DNA of 24,000 bases. Source: an archaeon. Its GTDB lineage: Archaea > Micrarchaeota > Micrarchaeia > Micrarchaeales > CABMGC01. Numbering within the stretch: the first letter of the stretch is position 1; each line of letters starts with the position of its first letter. Shown here one piece after another: positions 6,576 through 15,093 of this stretch. The notes beneath the pieces were generated by a model. The model made no database searches. It was not told the origin of the DNA and saw only the letters and a list, made by a program, of their open reading frames with translations. The stretch spans positions 2,485 through 26,484 of the forward strand of contig JBAMLI010000078.1 of NCBI GenBank assembly GCA_039793645.1. The letters run 5' to 3'. A program made the translations under genes and the position numbers.

Positions 6576-8885
6576 ATGATTGAATTCATAGAGCTCAGAA
6601 ACTGGAAGACGCATGAGAATACAAAGCTTAGCTTTACCAAGGGGACGAATGTGCTTATAGGCCAGATGGGCTCTGGCAAAAGCTCGGTGATGGATGCTAT
6701 CTCTTATGCTCTTTTTGGAACCTTCCCTGCATTGCAGCGCAGGAGAATCAGCACTTCTGACCTTATAAGAAATGTCCCAGTGCAGGAAAGCTATGCAGAA
6801 GTCAGGCTTGGGCTCAGCATAGAAGGCAATGAATATGTTGTAGAAAGAAGGATAGAGCTTTCAGGCTCATCGCACGCGCGCATATTCAAGAATGGCTCTA
6901 TCGTGCAGTCCCAGCCACAAAGGGTTAATGAATATCTAGAAAATCTGCTAAAGCTTGACTATGACCTGTTTTCAAGGGCGATTTATTCGGAGCAAAACAA
7001 TCTTGACTACTTCCTTGAACTCAGGAGCGGGGAGAGGAAAGATATTATAGACAAGCTTCTTGGCCTTGACAAATTTGCAATTGCAGAGGACAATGTAGTA
7101 AGCCTTGTAAATAGGGTCAAAGAGATGGCCAAGCAGGCGGAGGATTCAGCAGGAAGCTTTGACCTTAAAAAGCTCACCGAGCAGCTTGAAAAGGCGAAGG
7201 AGGAGCTTAAGCAGCTTAAGGATGAGAAAGAAAAACTCAGCCTAAAATACGATGAGCTTAAGGAAAGTGTAAGCAAACAGGAGAAAAAGGTGAAGGAGCT
7301 CCTGGCGAAAGATTCGAGGAAGAGGGAGCTTGAAAAAGAATTCAAGAGCTTGGAGGGAAGGATTGCGCTAATAGAGAGGGAGGCGAAGAAGATAGAAGAG
7401 ATGAAAATAAAGCCTGAGGAGCTCGAATCTATGATAAGTTCGCTATCGAGCAAGCTTGAAAAGGCAAGAAGCGAGCTAAAGACATCTGAAGGGTTGGAGC
7501 TGGAGTTGGGAAGGAGTGCAGCAAGGCTCGAGAGCGAAGCCAAGAAAATAGAAGAGCAGATAAGGGAAAGGGACTCAATTCTTAAAGAGATTGGAGAAAG
7601 GAAAATTGAAGAGTACACAAGGAGAAAGGAGGAGAAGGAGAAGGAGCTCGAGCAGCTTGAAAAGGCCCTTGCGTCAAGCAAAGCCAGGAAGGATGAGCTT
7701 GAAAAGCACATAGAGGAGCTCTCTGAGCACATAAGTAAATGCCCAGTCTGCGAGAGGGAGCTGAGCGATGAGATGAGGCTAAAGCTTCTAGAAGGCAAGA
7801 AAAAGGTTTTGAATAAGGTTGAAGAAGAGATAAAAAACGGATTGAAGCTTGTCGAGGCTTCGAGAAAGGAAGTAAAGCAACTAAGCGAAGAGCTCAATTC
7901 GCTCCTTATTGCAAATGAAAAGCTCAAGAACTATGTTGCCCTTGATGAAAAGCTCATTAAGCTTAAGGCTGAGCTCAATGAAAAAGAAAAAGAAAGCGCT
8001 ATTGCAAAGGAGAAGAAGGAGAGTCTATCAAAGCAGGAAAGCGAGCTCTCGGAAGAGCTGGTAAAATTCAAAGAAAGAAGGAAGGACATCGAGAAGCTCA
8101 ACTCATACAAGAAGGAGGCAGCAGAGCTGGCAGAAAAGATGGGCCTCCTCAAAATAGAGATCGAGAAGCTGGAAAGAGAAGCGAGCAGCAAGCTTATTGA
8201 AGAAGAGCAAAAAGAGCTTACAAGGCTCAGCTCTCTACTTAGCTCTACCCAAGCAAATTTGGCAGCTATAGAGAAGGCGGCAGGGGAGAAGGGGAAAGAG
8301 ATAGCCGAGAAAGAAGAAACAATAAAGCATATCCAGGACCTTGCCAAAGATGCTGAAAAGAAGAAGAAAGCAGCAGAAGAGCTTGCGAAGTTCAAGAACG
8401 CTCTTTCAGAAACCCAAGGTATGCTTAGGTCAAAGCTCATAAATTCAATAAACCATATAATGGGCGAGATTTGGCCTGAGCTTTATCCTTATGGCGATTA
8501 CATTGGCATAAGGCTTGATGCAAGCAAAGATGATTATGTTCTTGAAGTCAAGATGGTCAGGAATGGTGCAGAAGAATGGTGCGCAGTTGAGAGCATAGCA
8601 AGTGGTGGGGAAAGGAGCATAGCGTGCTTGGCGATGCGCGTTGCCTTTGCGCTTGTCCTCGTTCCGAACCTCAAGTGGCTGATATTGGATGAGCCTACTC
8701 ACAATATAGATGAGCAAGGGATTGGAAAGTTTGCAAGGGTATTTAACGAAACTCTCCCTAGAATAGTAGAGCAGATTTTTCTAATAACGCATGACGAGGC
8801 GCTCAAGCAGGCATCAAGCTCAAAGACCTACCTGCTGAGCAGGGACAAGGCAGCGCATGGAAGTACAGTTGTAGAAGAGCTTTAA
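6576..8885 (+). CDS. rad50: Rad50-type SMC-family DNA double-strand break repair ATPase
   Basis: 769 aa. The N-terminal Walker A is GQMGSGKSS and the Q-loop is YSEQNN. A long E/K/L-rich coiled coil carries a central zinc hook, CPVC (nt 7740-7751). The C-terminal signature is SGGERSIACLAMRVAFAL, Walker B is LILDEPTHNID and the His switch is ITHDE. Confidence 0.85.
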   Translation: MIEFIELRNWKTHENTKLSFTKGTNVLIGQMGSGKSSVMDAISYALFGTFPALQRRRISTSDLIRNVPVQESYAEVRLGLSIEGNEYVVERRIELSGSSHARIFKNGSIVQSQPQRVNEYLENLLKLDYDLFSRAIYSEQNNLDYFLELRSGERKDIIDKLLGLDKFAIAEDNVVSLVNRVKEMAKQAEDSAGSFDLKKLTEQLEKAKEELKQLKDEKEKLSLKYDELKESVSKQEKKVKELLAKDSRKRELEKEFKSLEGRIALIEREAKKIEEMKIKPEELESMISSLSSKLEKARSELKTSEGLELELGRSAARLESEAKKIEEQIRERDSILKEIGERKIEEYTRRKEEKEKELEQLEKALASSKARKDELEKHIEELSEHISKCPVCERELSDEMRLKLLEGKKKVLNKVEEEIKNGLKLVEASRKEVKQLSEELNSLLIANEKLKNYVALDEKLIKLKAELNEKEKESAIAKEKKESLSKQESELSEELVKFKERRKDIEKLNSYKKEAAELAEKMGLLKIEIEKLEREASSKLIEEEQKELTRLSSLLSSTQANLAAIEKAAGEKGKEIAEKEETIKHIQDLAKDAEKKKKAAEELAKFKNALSETQGMLRSKLINSINHIMGEIWPELYPYGDYIGIRLDASKDDYVLEVKMVRNGAEEWCAVESIASGGERSIACLAMRVAFALVLVPNLKWLILDEPTHNIDEQGIGKFARVFNETLPRIVEQIFLITHDEALKQASSSKTYLLSRDKAAHGSTVVEEL

Positions 8886-8886
8886 A

Positions 8887-9543
8887 CTAATCTTTGCCTT
8901 TTACTGCAGACAATACATATTCAAGGAAATTCTCCTCTGGCAAAGCCCCTTCAAAAGAGATGTCATCGTTTATCACTATTTTCGGAACAGCCATTACGCT
9001 ATATTGGTTTGCAAGGTCGTAGAATTCCATAGCCTCTATCATGACTCCTTTTATCTTGTCATTTTCCATTGCAAACTGGTGTGCTGTCCTTACCGCCCTA
9101 GGGCAGTATGGGCATGTTGGAGTAACAAAGACCTTTATCTCTATAGGGTCCTTTATCTCTTTCAGCTTTTCTTTAGTAGAATTTGAAAGCCTCGTTGTGC
9201 CGTTTGATGCATCAACAATATCCTCAAGCAATGCTGCAAATTCATGCCCTGCAGGTATGCCAAAGTAATAAACATTGTATATCTTCTTGCCTCCTATCAC
9301 AAGGCCAGGTGTTTTGTCTACGCCAAGGAACTTTGCTTCTTTTTGGTTCTTGTTTATATCATACAAAGTAAGCTTAAGCTTAGGGCTAGTATTTGCAAGC
9401 TCTGTCAGAAGCTCTATTGTATCCTTGCAGTATTGGCATTTGTCTGGCGAATCAACAAAGAGAATCAAATTTACCTCTCCGCTTAAATTTTTTGCAAACA
9501 AATCCTTTATATATTTCACGTCTTTTTCGTTTAAGAAACCCAA
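8887..9543 (-). CDS. Protein disulfide oxidoreductase (two thioredoxin folds, PfPDO-like / glutaredoxin-like)
   Basis: 218 aa with two active sites, CQYC (aa 36-39) and CPYC in the second half, the same pair as I recall for Pyrococcus furiosus PDO. TTG start, preceded by GGTGAT. Confidence 0.85.
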   Translation of the reverse strand: MGFLNEKDVKYIKDLFAKNLSGEVNLILFVDSPDKCQYCKDTIELLTELANTSPKLKLTLYDINKNQKEAKFLGVDKTPGLVIGGKKIYNVYYFGIPAGHEFAALLEDIVDASNGTTRLSNSTKEKLKEIKDPIEIKVFVTPTCPYCPRAVRTAHQFAMENDKIKGVMIEAMEFYDLANQYSVMAVPKIVINDDISFEGALPEENFLEYVLSAVKGKD

Positions 9544-9826
9544 TTTATCACCAAAGTAGAAGATAGTTGAGATATAATTTATTTAATAATCTTTATAAGC
9601 CTTTTCATAACCTAGTAATAAGGCTTCTTCTATGCACTTTGGTCTCTTTCTTTATTTCTCTAGTCTCTTCTTTTTCTTAGTTTCTTCTTTTTCTACAGCT
9701 CTATAAACTCCTGTAAAATCATGCTCCTTGTGGAGGCTCTTGAGTTTTTCATGCTCTTTATGCACAAAATATACCGAAATAAACAATGAATATACAACTA
9801 AACCCTAGAATATTATTTCTGCCTTG

Positions 9827-10861
9827 TCAAATATATCCTAGCCCTAAGTCTTCATTTTCATTCTCGCTTTTTCTTCCGAGTATAGAAGGGCTTGAAACTC
9901 CTGTAAAGATTGCAATGACCTCTACCTTGCCTTGGTACTCATTGTCCAGCCTTGCGCCCCATGTTACATTTGCATTTGGCGAGACAAATTCAGTCAGCTT
10001 TGAGCCTATCTCATTTGCTTCGCCAAGCGTCATGTCCGGACCGCCGGTTATGTGGAGAAGCACGCCAGTTGCACCCTCATAATTTACATCAAGCAGCTTG
10101 TTCTTAAGCGTATCTTTCACCACCTCATTCACTCTATCCGGTCCTTGCGCCATTCCAACACTTATCATTGAAATGCCCCCTCCGCTCATTATTGCCCTTA
10201 CATCAGCAAAGTCAAGGTTGATAAGGCTTGGCTGCGTTATAGCTTCAGTTATCCCTCTCACAGCTCTTGCAGTTATCTCATCCGCCAGCATAAATGCTTG
10301 CTCTATTGCAAGGTTTGGATATAGAGACACAAGCTTCTGGTTGTCTATCACTATCAAAGTATCAACATTCTGCCTAAGTTTTTCTATACCTTTTCTTGCT
10401 ACCTCAAACCTCACCTTCTCCAGCGAAAAAGGCAGCGTTACTATACCAACAACAATTGCCCCATTTTCTTTGGCGATTCTGGCAATGACAGGCGCTGCCC
10501 CTGTGCCTGTTCCACCGCCCATTCCCGCGCACAGGAAAAGCATATTAACATCTTTTATGAGTAGCTCTATCTCACTCCTGCTAAGCTCCGCCGCCTTTTC
10601 TCCTATATCAGGAAAGCCTCCTGCTCCAAGACCATGGGTCAAAGAGTAGCCTATTGCAAGCTTTTTTATAGAAGGATTCAGCATGTTGAGGTGCTTTGAA
10701 TCTGTGTTGAATGCATATAAGCTTGCCCCTTTTATGTCAAGGGTGCTAAGCCTGTTTACTGTATTATTTCCTCCACCGCCAACTCCAGCAACAGCAATCC
10801 TTGGCTTAAAGAGGTCTCTTTCATCGATACCCTGCATAGCAGCATTAAGAAGGTCTTCCAT
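9827..10861 (-). CDS. ftsZ: Cell division GTPase FtsZ
   Basis: GVGGGGNN and the tubulin signature GMGGGTGTGAAPVIA. An acidic C-terminal linker ends in the conserved tail EDLGLGYI. Confidence 0.95.
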   Translation of the reverse strand: MEDLLNAAMQGIDERDLFKPRIAVAGVGGGGNNTVNRLSTLDIKGASLYAFNTDSKHLNMLNPSIKKLAIGYSLTHGLGAGGFPDIGEKAAELSRSEIELLIKDVNMLFLCAGMGGGTGTGAAPVIARIAKENGAIVVGIVTLPFSLEKVRFEVARKGIEKLRQNVDTLIVIDNQKLVSLYPNLAIEQAFMLADEITARAVRGITEAITQPSLINLDFADVRAIMSGGGISMISVGMAQGPDRVNEVVKDTLKNKLLDVNYEGATGVLLHITGGPDMTLGEANEIGSKLTEFVSPNANVTWGARLDNEYQGKVEVIAIFTGVSSPSILGRKSENENEDLGLGYI

Positions 10862-10980
10862 ACCAACACCCTAGGGTAATATTATATCGATAAATAAAAT
10901 AAAATATCTTTCTATTCTTATTTTTTTATCGGTAAAGCCACATTGGAGTAAAATGCATGTAAAAATTTGGCCGTAGGCTT

Positions 10981-11006
10981 GGCTGTTAAATTTGGCTGTT
11001 AAATTT
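10981..11006. repeat. Perfect 13-bp tandem duplication (GGCTGTTAAATTT x2) in the polX promoter
   Basis: Read directly: 10981-10993 equals 10994-11006. Each unit carries a TATA-like TTAAATTT. The second ends 26 nt before the polX GTG start. Confidence 0.9.
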
Positions 11007-11032
11007 ATCTAATTTTTGTCAGATAAATAATT

Positions 11033-12766
11033 GTGTACAACAAACAAATTGCTGAAATTTTCAATGAGATTGCAGACATGATGGAGCTTGAGGGCACAGA
11101 GCACTCTTTCGAAGTTAGGGCCTACAGGAAAGCCGCAATCACCATCTCTACCCTCCAAGAAGATGTCGGAGATATATTAAAGAAGGAGGGAGTGGAAGGC
11201 TTGCAGAAGCTGCCTGGCATAGGCAAGGGGCTTGCCGATAGGATAAGAGAGTTTATCGAGACTGGAAAAATAGAAAAGTACCAGCAGCTTAAAAAGAAAT
11301 ATCCAATAGATTTTAAAACCCTCTCGAGCATACAAGGCCTTGGCCCGAAGAAGATCTTTAAGCTATATAAGGAACTTGGCGTAAAAAACCTCGAGGATTT
11401 GAAAAAAGCAGTAAATGAGCATAAGATTAAAAGCCTCGAAGGCTTCGGGGAAAAGAGCGAGAGCGAGATAGCAAAAGGGATTTCTATGCTTGAGGCAACA
11501 AGCAAGCGCATGCTCCTCGGCATAGCCCTTCCAGAAGCCGAAAGGGTGGTAAATAAGCTCCTAGGCTCTGGCCTTGTACTAAAAGCTGTTATAGCTGGCT
11601 CCACACGCAGGATGAAAGAGACTGTTGGAGATCTTGACATACTTGTTACATCTAAAAAGCCCCTCGAAGTCATGGATTTTATCACAAAGCTGCCAGAAGT
11701 AGAAAGCGTAACAGCTAAAGGCTCTACAAAGACAACAGTATGGCTCAAGATAGGGCTAAGCTGCGATGTAAGGGTTGTTGATGAGAAAAGCTTTGGCGCT
11801 GCTCTGCAGTATTTCACAGGAAGCAAGGAGCATGGTATAGAAGTGAGAAAGATAGCTGTCAAAAAAGGATACAAACTCAATGAATATGGGCTCTTTGATG
11901 CAAAGGGCAAGATGCTTGCCGGCGACAGGGAAGAAGAAGTGTATGAAAAGCTTGGCATGCAGTATATCGAGCCTGAGATGCGCGAGGCAAGGGGGGAGGT
12001 AGAGCTTGCACTGGAGCACAAGCTCCCTAAGCTCATCACTTTGAAGGACATAAAAGGGGATTTGCATACACATACAGATTTCAGCGATGGGGCGAATAGC
12101 GTGGAAGAGGTTGTGGAAGAGGCTATCAGGCATGGCTATGATTACATAGGATTCTCAGATCATTCAAAGAGCGAGCATGTTGCAAATGGGATGGACGACA
12201 AAGAATTCGAAGAATATTTCGTCCATCTAGATGATGTGGCTGAGAAGTATCCAAATATAAAAATACTGAAGAGTGGTGAGGTCGATATACTCAAAGATGG
12301 CACCCTTGACCTCAAGGCGAGCACTTTGGAGAAGATGGATTATGTAATTGGCGCAGTACATACAAATCTAAATATGGACAAAGAGAGCATGACAAAACGG
12401 ATAATAAAAGCAATAGAATCTGGGTATATAGACATACTTGCCCATCCCACCGATAGGCTTATTGGAGAAAGGGACCCTATAAATTTTGATTTTGACAAGG
12501 TTTTTGAAGCTGCCAAGGAAAACAATGTTGTTCTTGAGATAAATGCCTTCCCGAACAGGCTTGACCTAAACGATGAAGGCATATTTAAAGCAAGGGAATA
12601 TGGGTTAATGTTTGCGATAGGCACAGATGCCCATAGGCTTTCCCATTTTGACTATATGCGATTTGGGGTTGGCACAGCAAGGCGTGGCTGGGCAAAGAAG
12701 GAAGAGGTAATAAACACAATGGACTATCCGCGCCTTATAAAATTCTTCGAAAAAAGAAAAAATTAA
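11033..12766 (+). CDS. polX: Family X DNA polymerase with C-terminal PHP domain
   Basis: 577 aa. The N-terminal HhH region is NKQIAEIFNEIADMMELEG...FEVRAYRKAA. The nucleotidyltransferase motif is GSTRRMKETVGDLDILV. The PHP motif is GDLHTHTDFSDG ... GTDAH. GTG start 26 nt after a TATA-like TTAAATTT. Confidence 0.9.
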   Translation: MYNKQIAEIFNEIADMMELEGTEHSFEVRAYRKAAITISTLQEDVGDILKKEGVEGLQKLPGIGKGLADRIREFIETGKIEKYQQLKKKYPIDFKTLSSIQGLGPKKIFKLYKELGVKNLEDLKKAVNEHKIKSLEGFGEKSESEIAKGISMLEATSKRMLLGIALPEAERVVNKLLGSGLVLKAVIAGSTRRMKETVGDLDILVTSKKPLEVMDFITKLPEVESVTAKGSTKTTVWLKIGLSCDVRVVDEKSFGAALQYFTGSKEHGIEVRKIAVKKGYKLNEYGLFDAKGKMLAGDREEEVYEKLGMQYIEPEMREARGEVELALEHKLPKLITLKDIKGDLHTHTDFSDGANSVEEVVEEAIRHGYDYIGFSDHSKSEHVANGMDDKEFEEYFVHLDDVAEKYPNIKILKSGEVDILKDGTLDLKASTLEKMDYVIGAVHTNLNMDKESMTKRIIKAIESGYIDILAHPTDRLIGERDPINFDFDKVFEAAKENNVVLEINAFPNRLDLNDEGIFKAREYGLMFAIGTDAHRLSHFDYMRFGVGTARRGWAKKEEVINTMDYPRLIKFFEKRKN

Positions 12767-12789
12767 CAATTAAAAGGCAAAAAAGCAAA

Positions 12790-14055
12790 TCAATACCAGC
12801 CTCTTGCTTTCATCGCCTTTGCTACCCTGTCTACAGCTATTATATATGCAGCTGTCCTAGGGCTTATTTTCTTCCCTTTCTCTGCATAGCTCTTCTGCGT
12901 TGATATTGTGTCATAGAAGGATTTTGTTATTATTTTGTCAAGCCTGCTATATACCTCTTCCACATTCCAGTAATAGCCGTTTATATTTTGTATCCATTCA
13001 AAGTAAGAGCCTATTACTCCACCGCTATTTACAAGAAAGTCTGGCAAATCTAATACGCCTCTTTCAAAGAGGATCTTATCCGCTTGAGGCGTCACAGGAC
13101 CGTTTGCAAGCTCAAGCACTATTTTTGCTTTTATCTTGTCTGCATTTTCTGCCGTTATCTGATTTTCTATGGCTGCTGGTATTAATATATCTACATCAAG
13201 CTCAAGCAACTCTTCATTTGTTATTTTTTGGCCCCCTTCATAGTTCATCACAGTGCCTGTTTCTTGTTTTGCTTTCAGAAGCTTATCTAAATTTAGGCCA
13301 TTTTCATCGTAGACGCCTCCTTTTGAATCGCTTATCGCAACTACATTCGCGCCAAAGAGCTGTTTAGAGAGTGTATAGGCGTACATCCCTGCATTTCCAA
13401 ATCCTTGCACTGCAATCCTTGCCTTCTTTAAGTCTATGCCTAAAAGTTTTGCCGCTTCTCTCATAACATACATTCCACCCATTGCTGTAGAATCCTTTCT
13501 TCCTTCGCTGCCCCATACTTCTAAAGGTTTGCCTGTTATTACACCAAATTCGTTATGCCCCTTTATCTTGCTATATTCATCCATCATCCAAGCCATTATC
13601 TGCGGAGTTGTGTAGACATCAGGTGCGGGTATATCAACGTCCTTTCCTATAAAATTAGCTATGGCTCTAATGTACCCTCTTGACAAGTTTTCTAGCTCTT
13701 GGTCATTCATAGTTTTTGGATCGCATATTATACCTCCTTTTGCTCCTCCATAAGGTATATTTGCAAGCGCTGTCTTCCAAGTCATCCAGGCTGCAAGCGC
13801 TTTTACTGTGCTTAAATTTTCTTCTGGATGGTACCTTATGCCGCCTTTTCCAGGCCCTCTTGCGTTGTTATAAAGTACCCTGAATCCAGTGAAGGTTTTT
13901 GTCGTTCCATCTCTCATCTTGACTGGTATGTTTACTATCAGAGTTTGCATGGGCTCCCGAAGAATTGCATGCGCTTGCGGGTCAAGCTCCATAATTTCAG
14001 CAGCTGTATCAAGTTGTTCTTGGGCTATTATAAACGGATCTAATTCTTCAGCCAT
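12790..14055 (-). CDS. gdhA: Glutamate dehydrogenase
   Basis: 421 aa. [10 protein letters not shown]...[22 protein letters not shown] (catalytic Lys region) and the Rossmann motif VQGFGNAG. The SD GAGGTG lies 5 nt upstream of the ATG and overlaps the stop of the upstream HTH gene. Confidence 0.95.
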   Translation of the reverse strand: MAEELDPFIIAQEQLDTAAEIMELDPQAHAILREPMQTLIVNIPVKMRDGTTKTFTGFRVLYNNARGPGKGGIRYHPEENLSTVKALAAWMTWKTALANIPYGGAKGGIICDPKTMNDQELENLSRGYIRAIANFIGKDVDIPAPDVYTTPQIMAWMMDEYSKIKGHNEFGVITGKPLEVWGSEGRKDSTAMGGMYVMREAAKLLGIDLKKARIAVQGFGNAGMYAYTLSKQLFGANVVAISDSKGGVYDENGLNLDKLLKAKQETGTVMNYEGGQKITNEELLELDVDILIPAAIENQITAENADKIKAKIVLELANGPVTPQADKILFERGVLDLPDFLVNSGGVIGSYFEWIQNINGYYWNVEEVYSRLDKIITKSFYDTISTQKSYAEKGKKISPRTAAYIIAVDRVAKAMKARGWY

Positions 14056-14064
14056 TTTATCACC

Positions 14065-14412
14065 TCAAACCAATGAATATAATTCCTCATTTTCGCACAG
14101 AGCACTTATCTTTTCATCTATCCTTTCTTTTCCTTCTTTTTTGACTATTGCATCGACAATTTCTCCGGCAAGACCTTTTGATTGTATATGCTCCTTGATT
14201 TTCGCTATCCCCTTTGAGTATTTGCCATTCAGGTACTTGCTTACTGCAACCTGTACAACCCCCAGCGATTTTGCTATCTCGTCTTGAGTATAATTGTATC
14301 TTTTGTAAAGCTCTTCAGCTACTGCTACCCTTATTGCTGGGAGTATGAGTTTTGATATCTTTTTGCACCTGAGCTCTATCAAATCACCTTTTGTCTGTAA
14401 TGCCCAATGCAT
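14065..14412 (-). CDS. Small HTH transcriptional regulator (COG2522-like)
   Basis: 115 aa. ...LPAIRVAVAEELYKRYNYTQDEIAKSLGVVQVAVSKYLNGKYS is an HTH with the AVS.Y motif typical of this small archaeal regulator family. It is translationally linked to gdhA. Confidence 0.6.
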   Translation of the reverse strand: MHWALQTKGDLIELRCKKISKLILPAIRVAVAEELYKRYNYTQDEIAKSLGVVQVAVSKYLNGKYSKGIAKIKEHIQSKGLAGEIVDAIVKKEGKERIDEKISALCENEELYSLV

Positions 14413-15019
14413 CTTTTATGAATCCTAGAAATCCTTTCCTGCGCCCTTGCTCTTCGCCCTCCACGTTTTTAAGCTCAGCCTCTTCCCCGCCTCCATTGCT
14501 TTCTTCCCTTGATTTGTCTTCTTCGATACTAACCTCATCTACCTTCTCTATGATCTCCTCCGCCTTTACCTTCTTCCTGCTTGCCTTTGCTGCTTCAGCA
14601 TGCTCCTCATGACTTGTACTACTTATCTTCTCTTCCACAAGCGAGAAGAGCACCTCCTCTTTGTTGGAGGGCTTGCTCATTATTATTACATTTGCATTGT
14701 TATAAAGCGCAAGCCTTACTTCATCTGCGTTGCTGCACTGCGCAGCATTAACATTTTCAAGCTTGTTGAGGGTTATATTTGCCTTTATTGGGTCTTTTGG
14801 TATAACAACGACAAGGCCTTTATCGATAGAAGCTTCAACCTCTTTCTTAAGGTGTTCAAAACTATTTACCTCCTTCGCCACTACAATTGCACCTTTGTTT
14901 GAAATGAGCTCAACCGCACTATCTACCTCTTCCTCACTTTCTCCTATGACATAGATTCTCAAAGAATCACTATATAAATAACGAAAAGCAATATTAATAA
15001 CTTTTCTTCCACTATGCAA
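14384..15019 (-). CDS. Hypothetical protein: degenerate RpiB/LacAB-like domain, acidic linker and C-terminal amphipathic helix
   Basis: 211 aa. RIYVIGESEEE...GLVVVIPKDPIKANITLNKLENVNAAQCSNADEVRLALYNNANVIIMS parallels RpiB (KIAIGSDHAG...GIxICGTGIGxxIAANKxxGIRAAxCxDxxSAxxAREHNNANVLxxG) but lacks the DH and CGTG catalytic residues. The tail is RRKGFLGFIKDALGI. The TTG start lies 26 nt from a shared TATATAAA box. Confidence 0.5.
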   Translation of the reverse strand: MHSGRKVINIAFRYLYSDSLRIYVIGESEEEVDSAVELISNKGAIVVAKEVNSFEHLKKEVEASIDKGLVVVIPKDPIKANITLNKLENVNAAQCSNADEVRLALYNNANVIIMSKPSNKEEVLFSLVEEKISSTSHEEHAEAAKASRKKVKAEEIIEKVDEVSIEEDKSREESNGGGEEAELKNVEGEEQGRRKGFLGFIKDALGITDKR

Positions 15020-15045
15020 TTGAACTTATCTCCTGTCTTAGCAAA

Positions 15046-15053
15046 GTATATAA
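15046..15053. promoter_or_regulatory. TATATAAA box shared by divergent genes
   Basis: It is the only strong TATA element in the 74-nt gap. It lies 26 nt from the TTG at 15019 (minus strand, leaderless geometry). On the plus strand it is followed by SD AGGTG (15084-15088) 5 nt before the rps26e TTG start. Confidence 0.4.
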
Positions 15054-15093
15054 ACTTAAAGAGAGAAATAGATTTGTCTAAAAAGGTGTTTTA

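Noticed and set aside
7150-8400. Apparent periodic repetition (GAAAAGG, GAGCT, AAGAAG...) that could be mistaken for a repeat array or CRISPR
   Set aside because: It is codon-level low complexity of a coiled coil. There are no fixed-length direct repeats with unique spacers.
7007-8440. Two long minus-strand ORFs (306 aa and 169 aa), extremely Ser/Leu/Phe-rich, lying antisense to rad50
   Set aside because: They are mirror-image artefacts of the GAA/AAG/GAG/CTT-rich coiled-coil coding region, since antisense of E/K/L codons gives S/F/L. They have no motifs, no start context, and lie fully inside a well-supported gene.
6576-8885. The possibility that the SMC-like ATPase is a defence-system component (Lamassu/Wadjet/Gabija-like) rather than Rad50
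   Set aside because: The central CxxC zinc hook, Q-loop, signature and His-switch arrangement is classical Rad50. There is no nuclease or kleisin-like partner gene next to it, and the flanks are housekeeping genes.
10098-10649. 183-aa plus-strand ORF antisense to ftsZ, with other short antisense ORFs there (9786-10082, 10683-10874)
   Set aside because: ftsZ on the minus strand is unambiguous from its tubulin signature. The antisense frames show no recognisable features.
11122-12133. Minus-strand ORFs of 309 aa and 125 aa antisense to polX
   Set aside because: They are low-complexity Ser/Leu-rich translations inside a gene with clear PolX/PHP motifs on the plus strand. There is no independent support.
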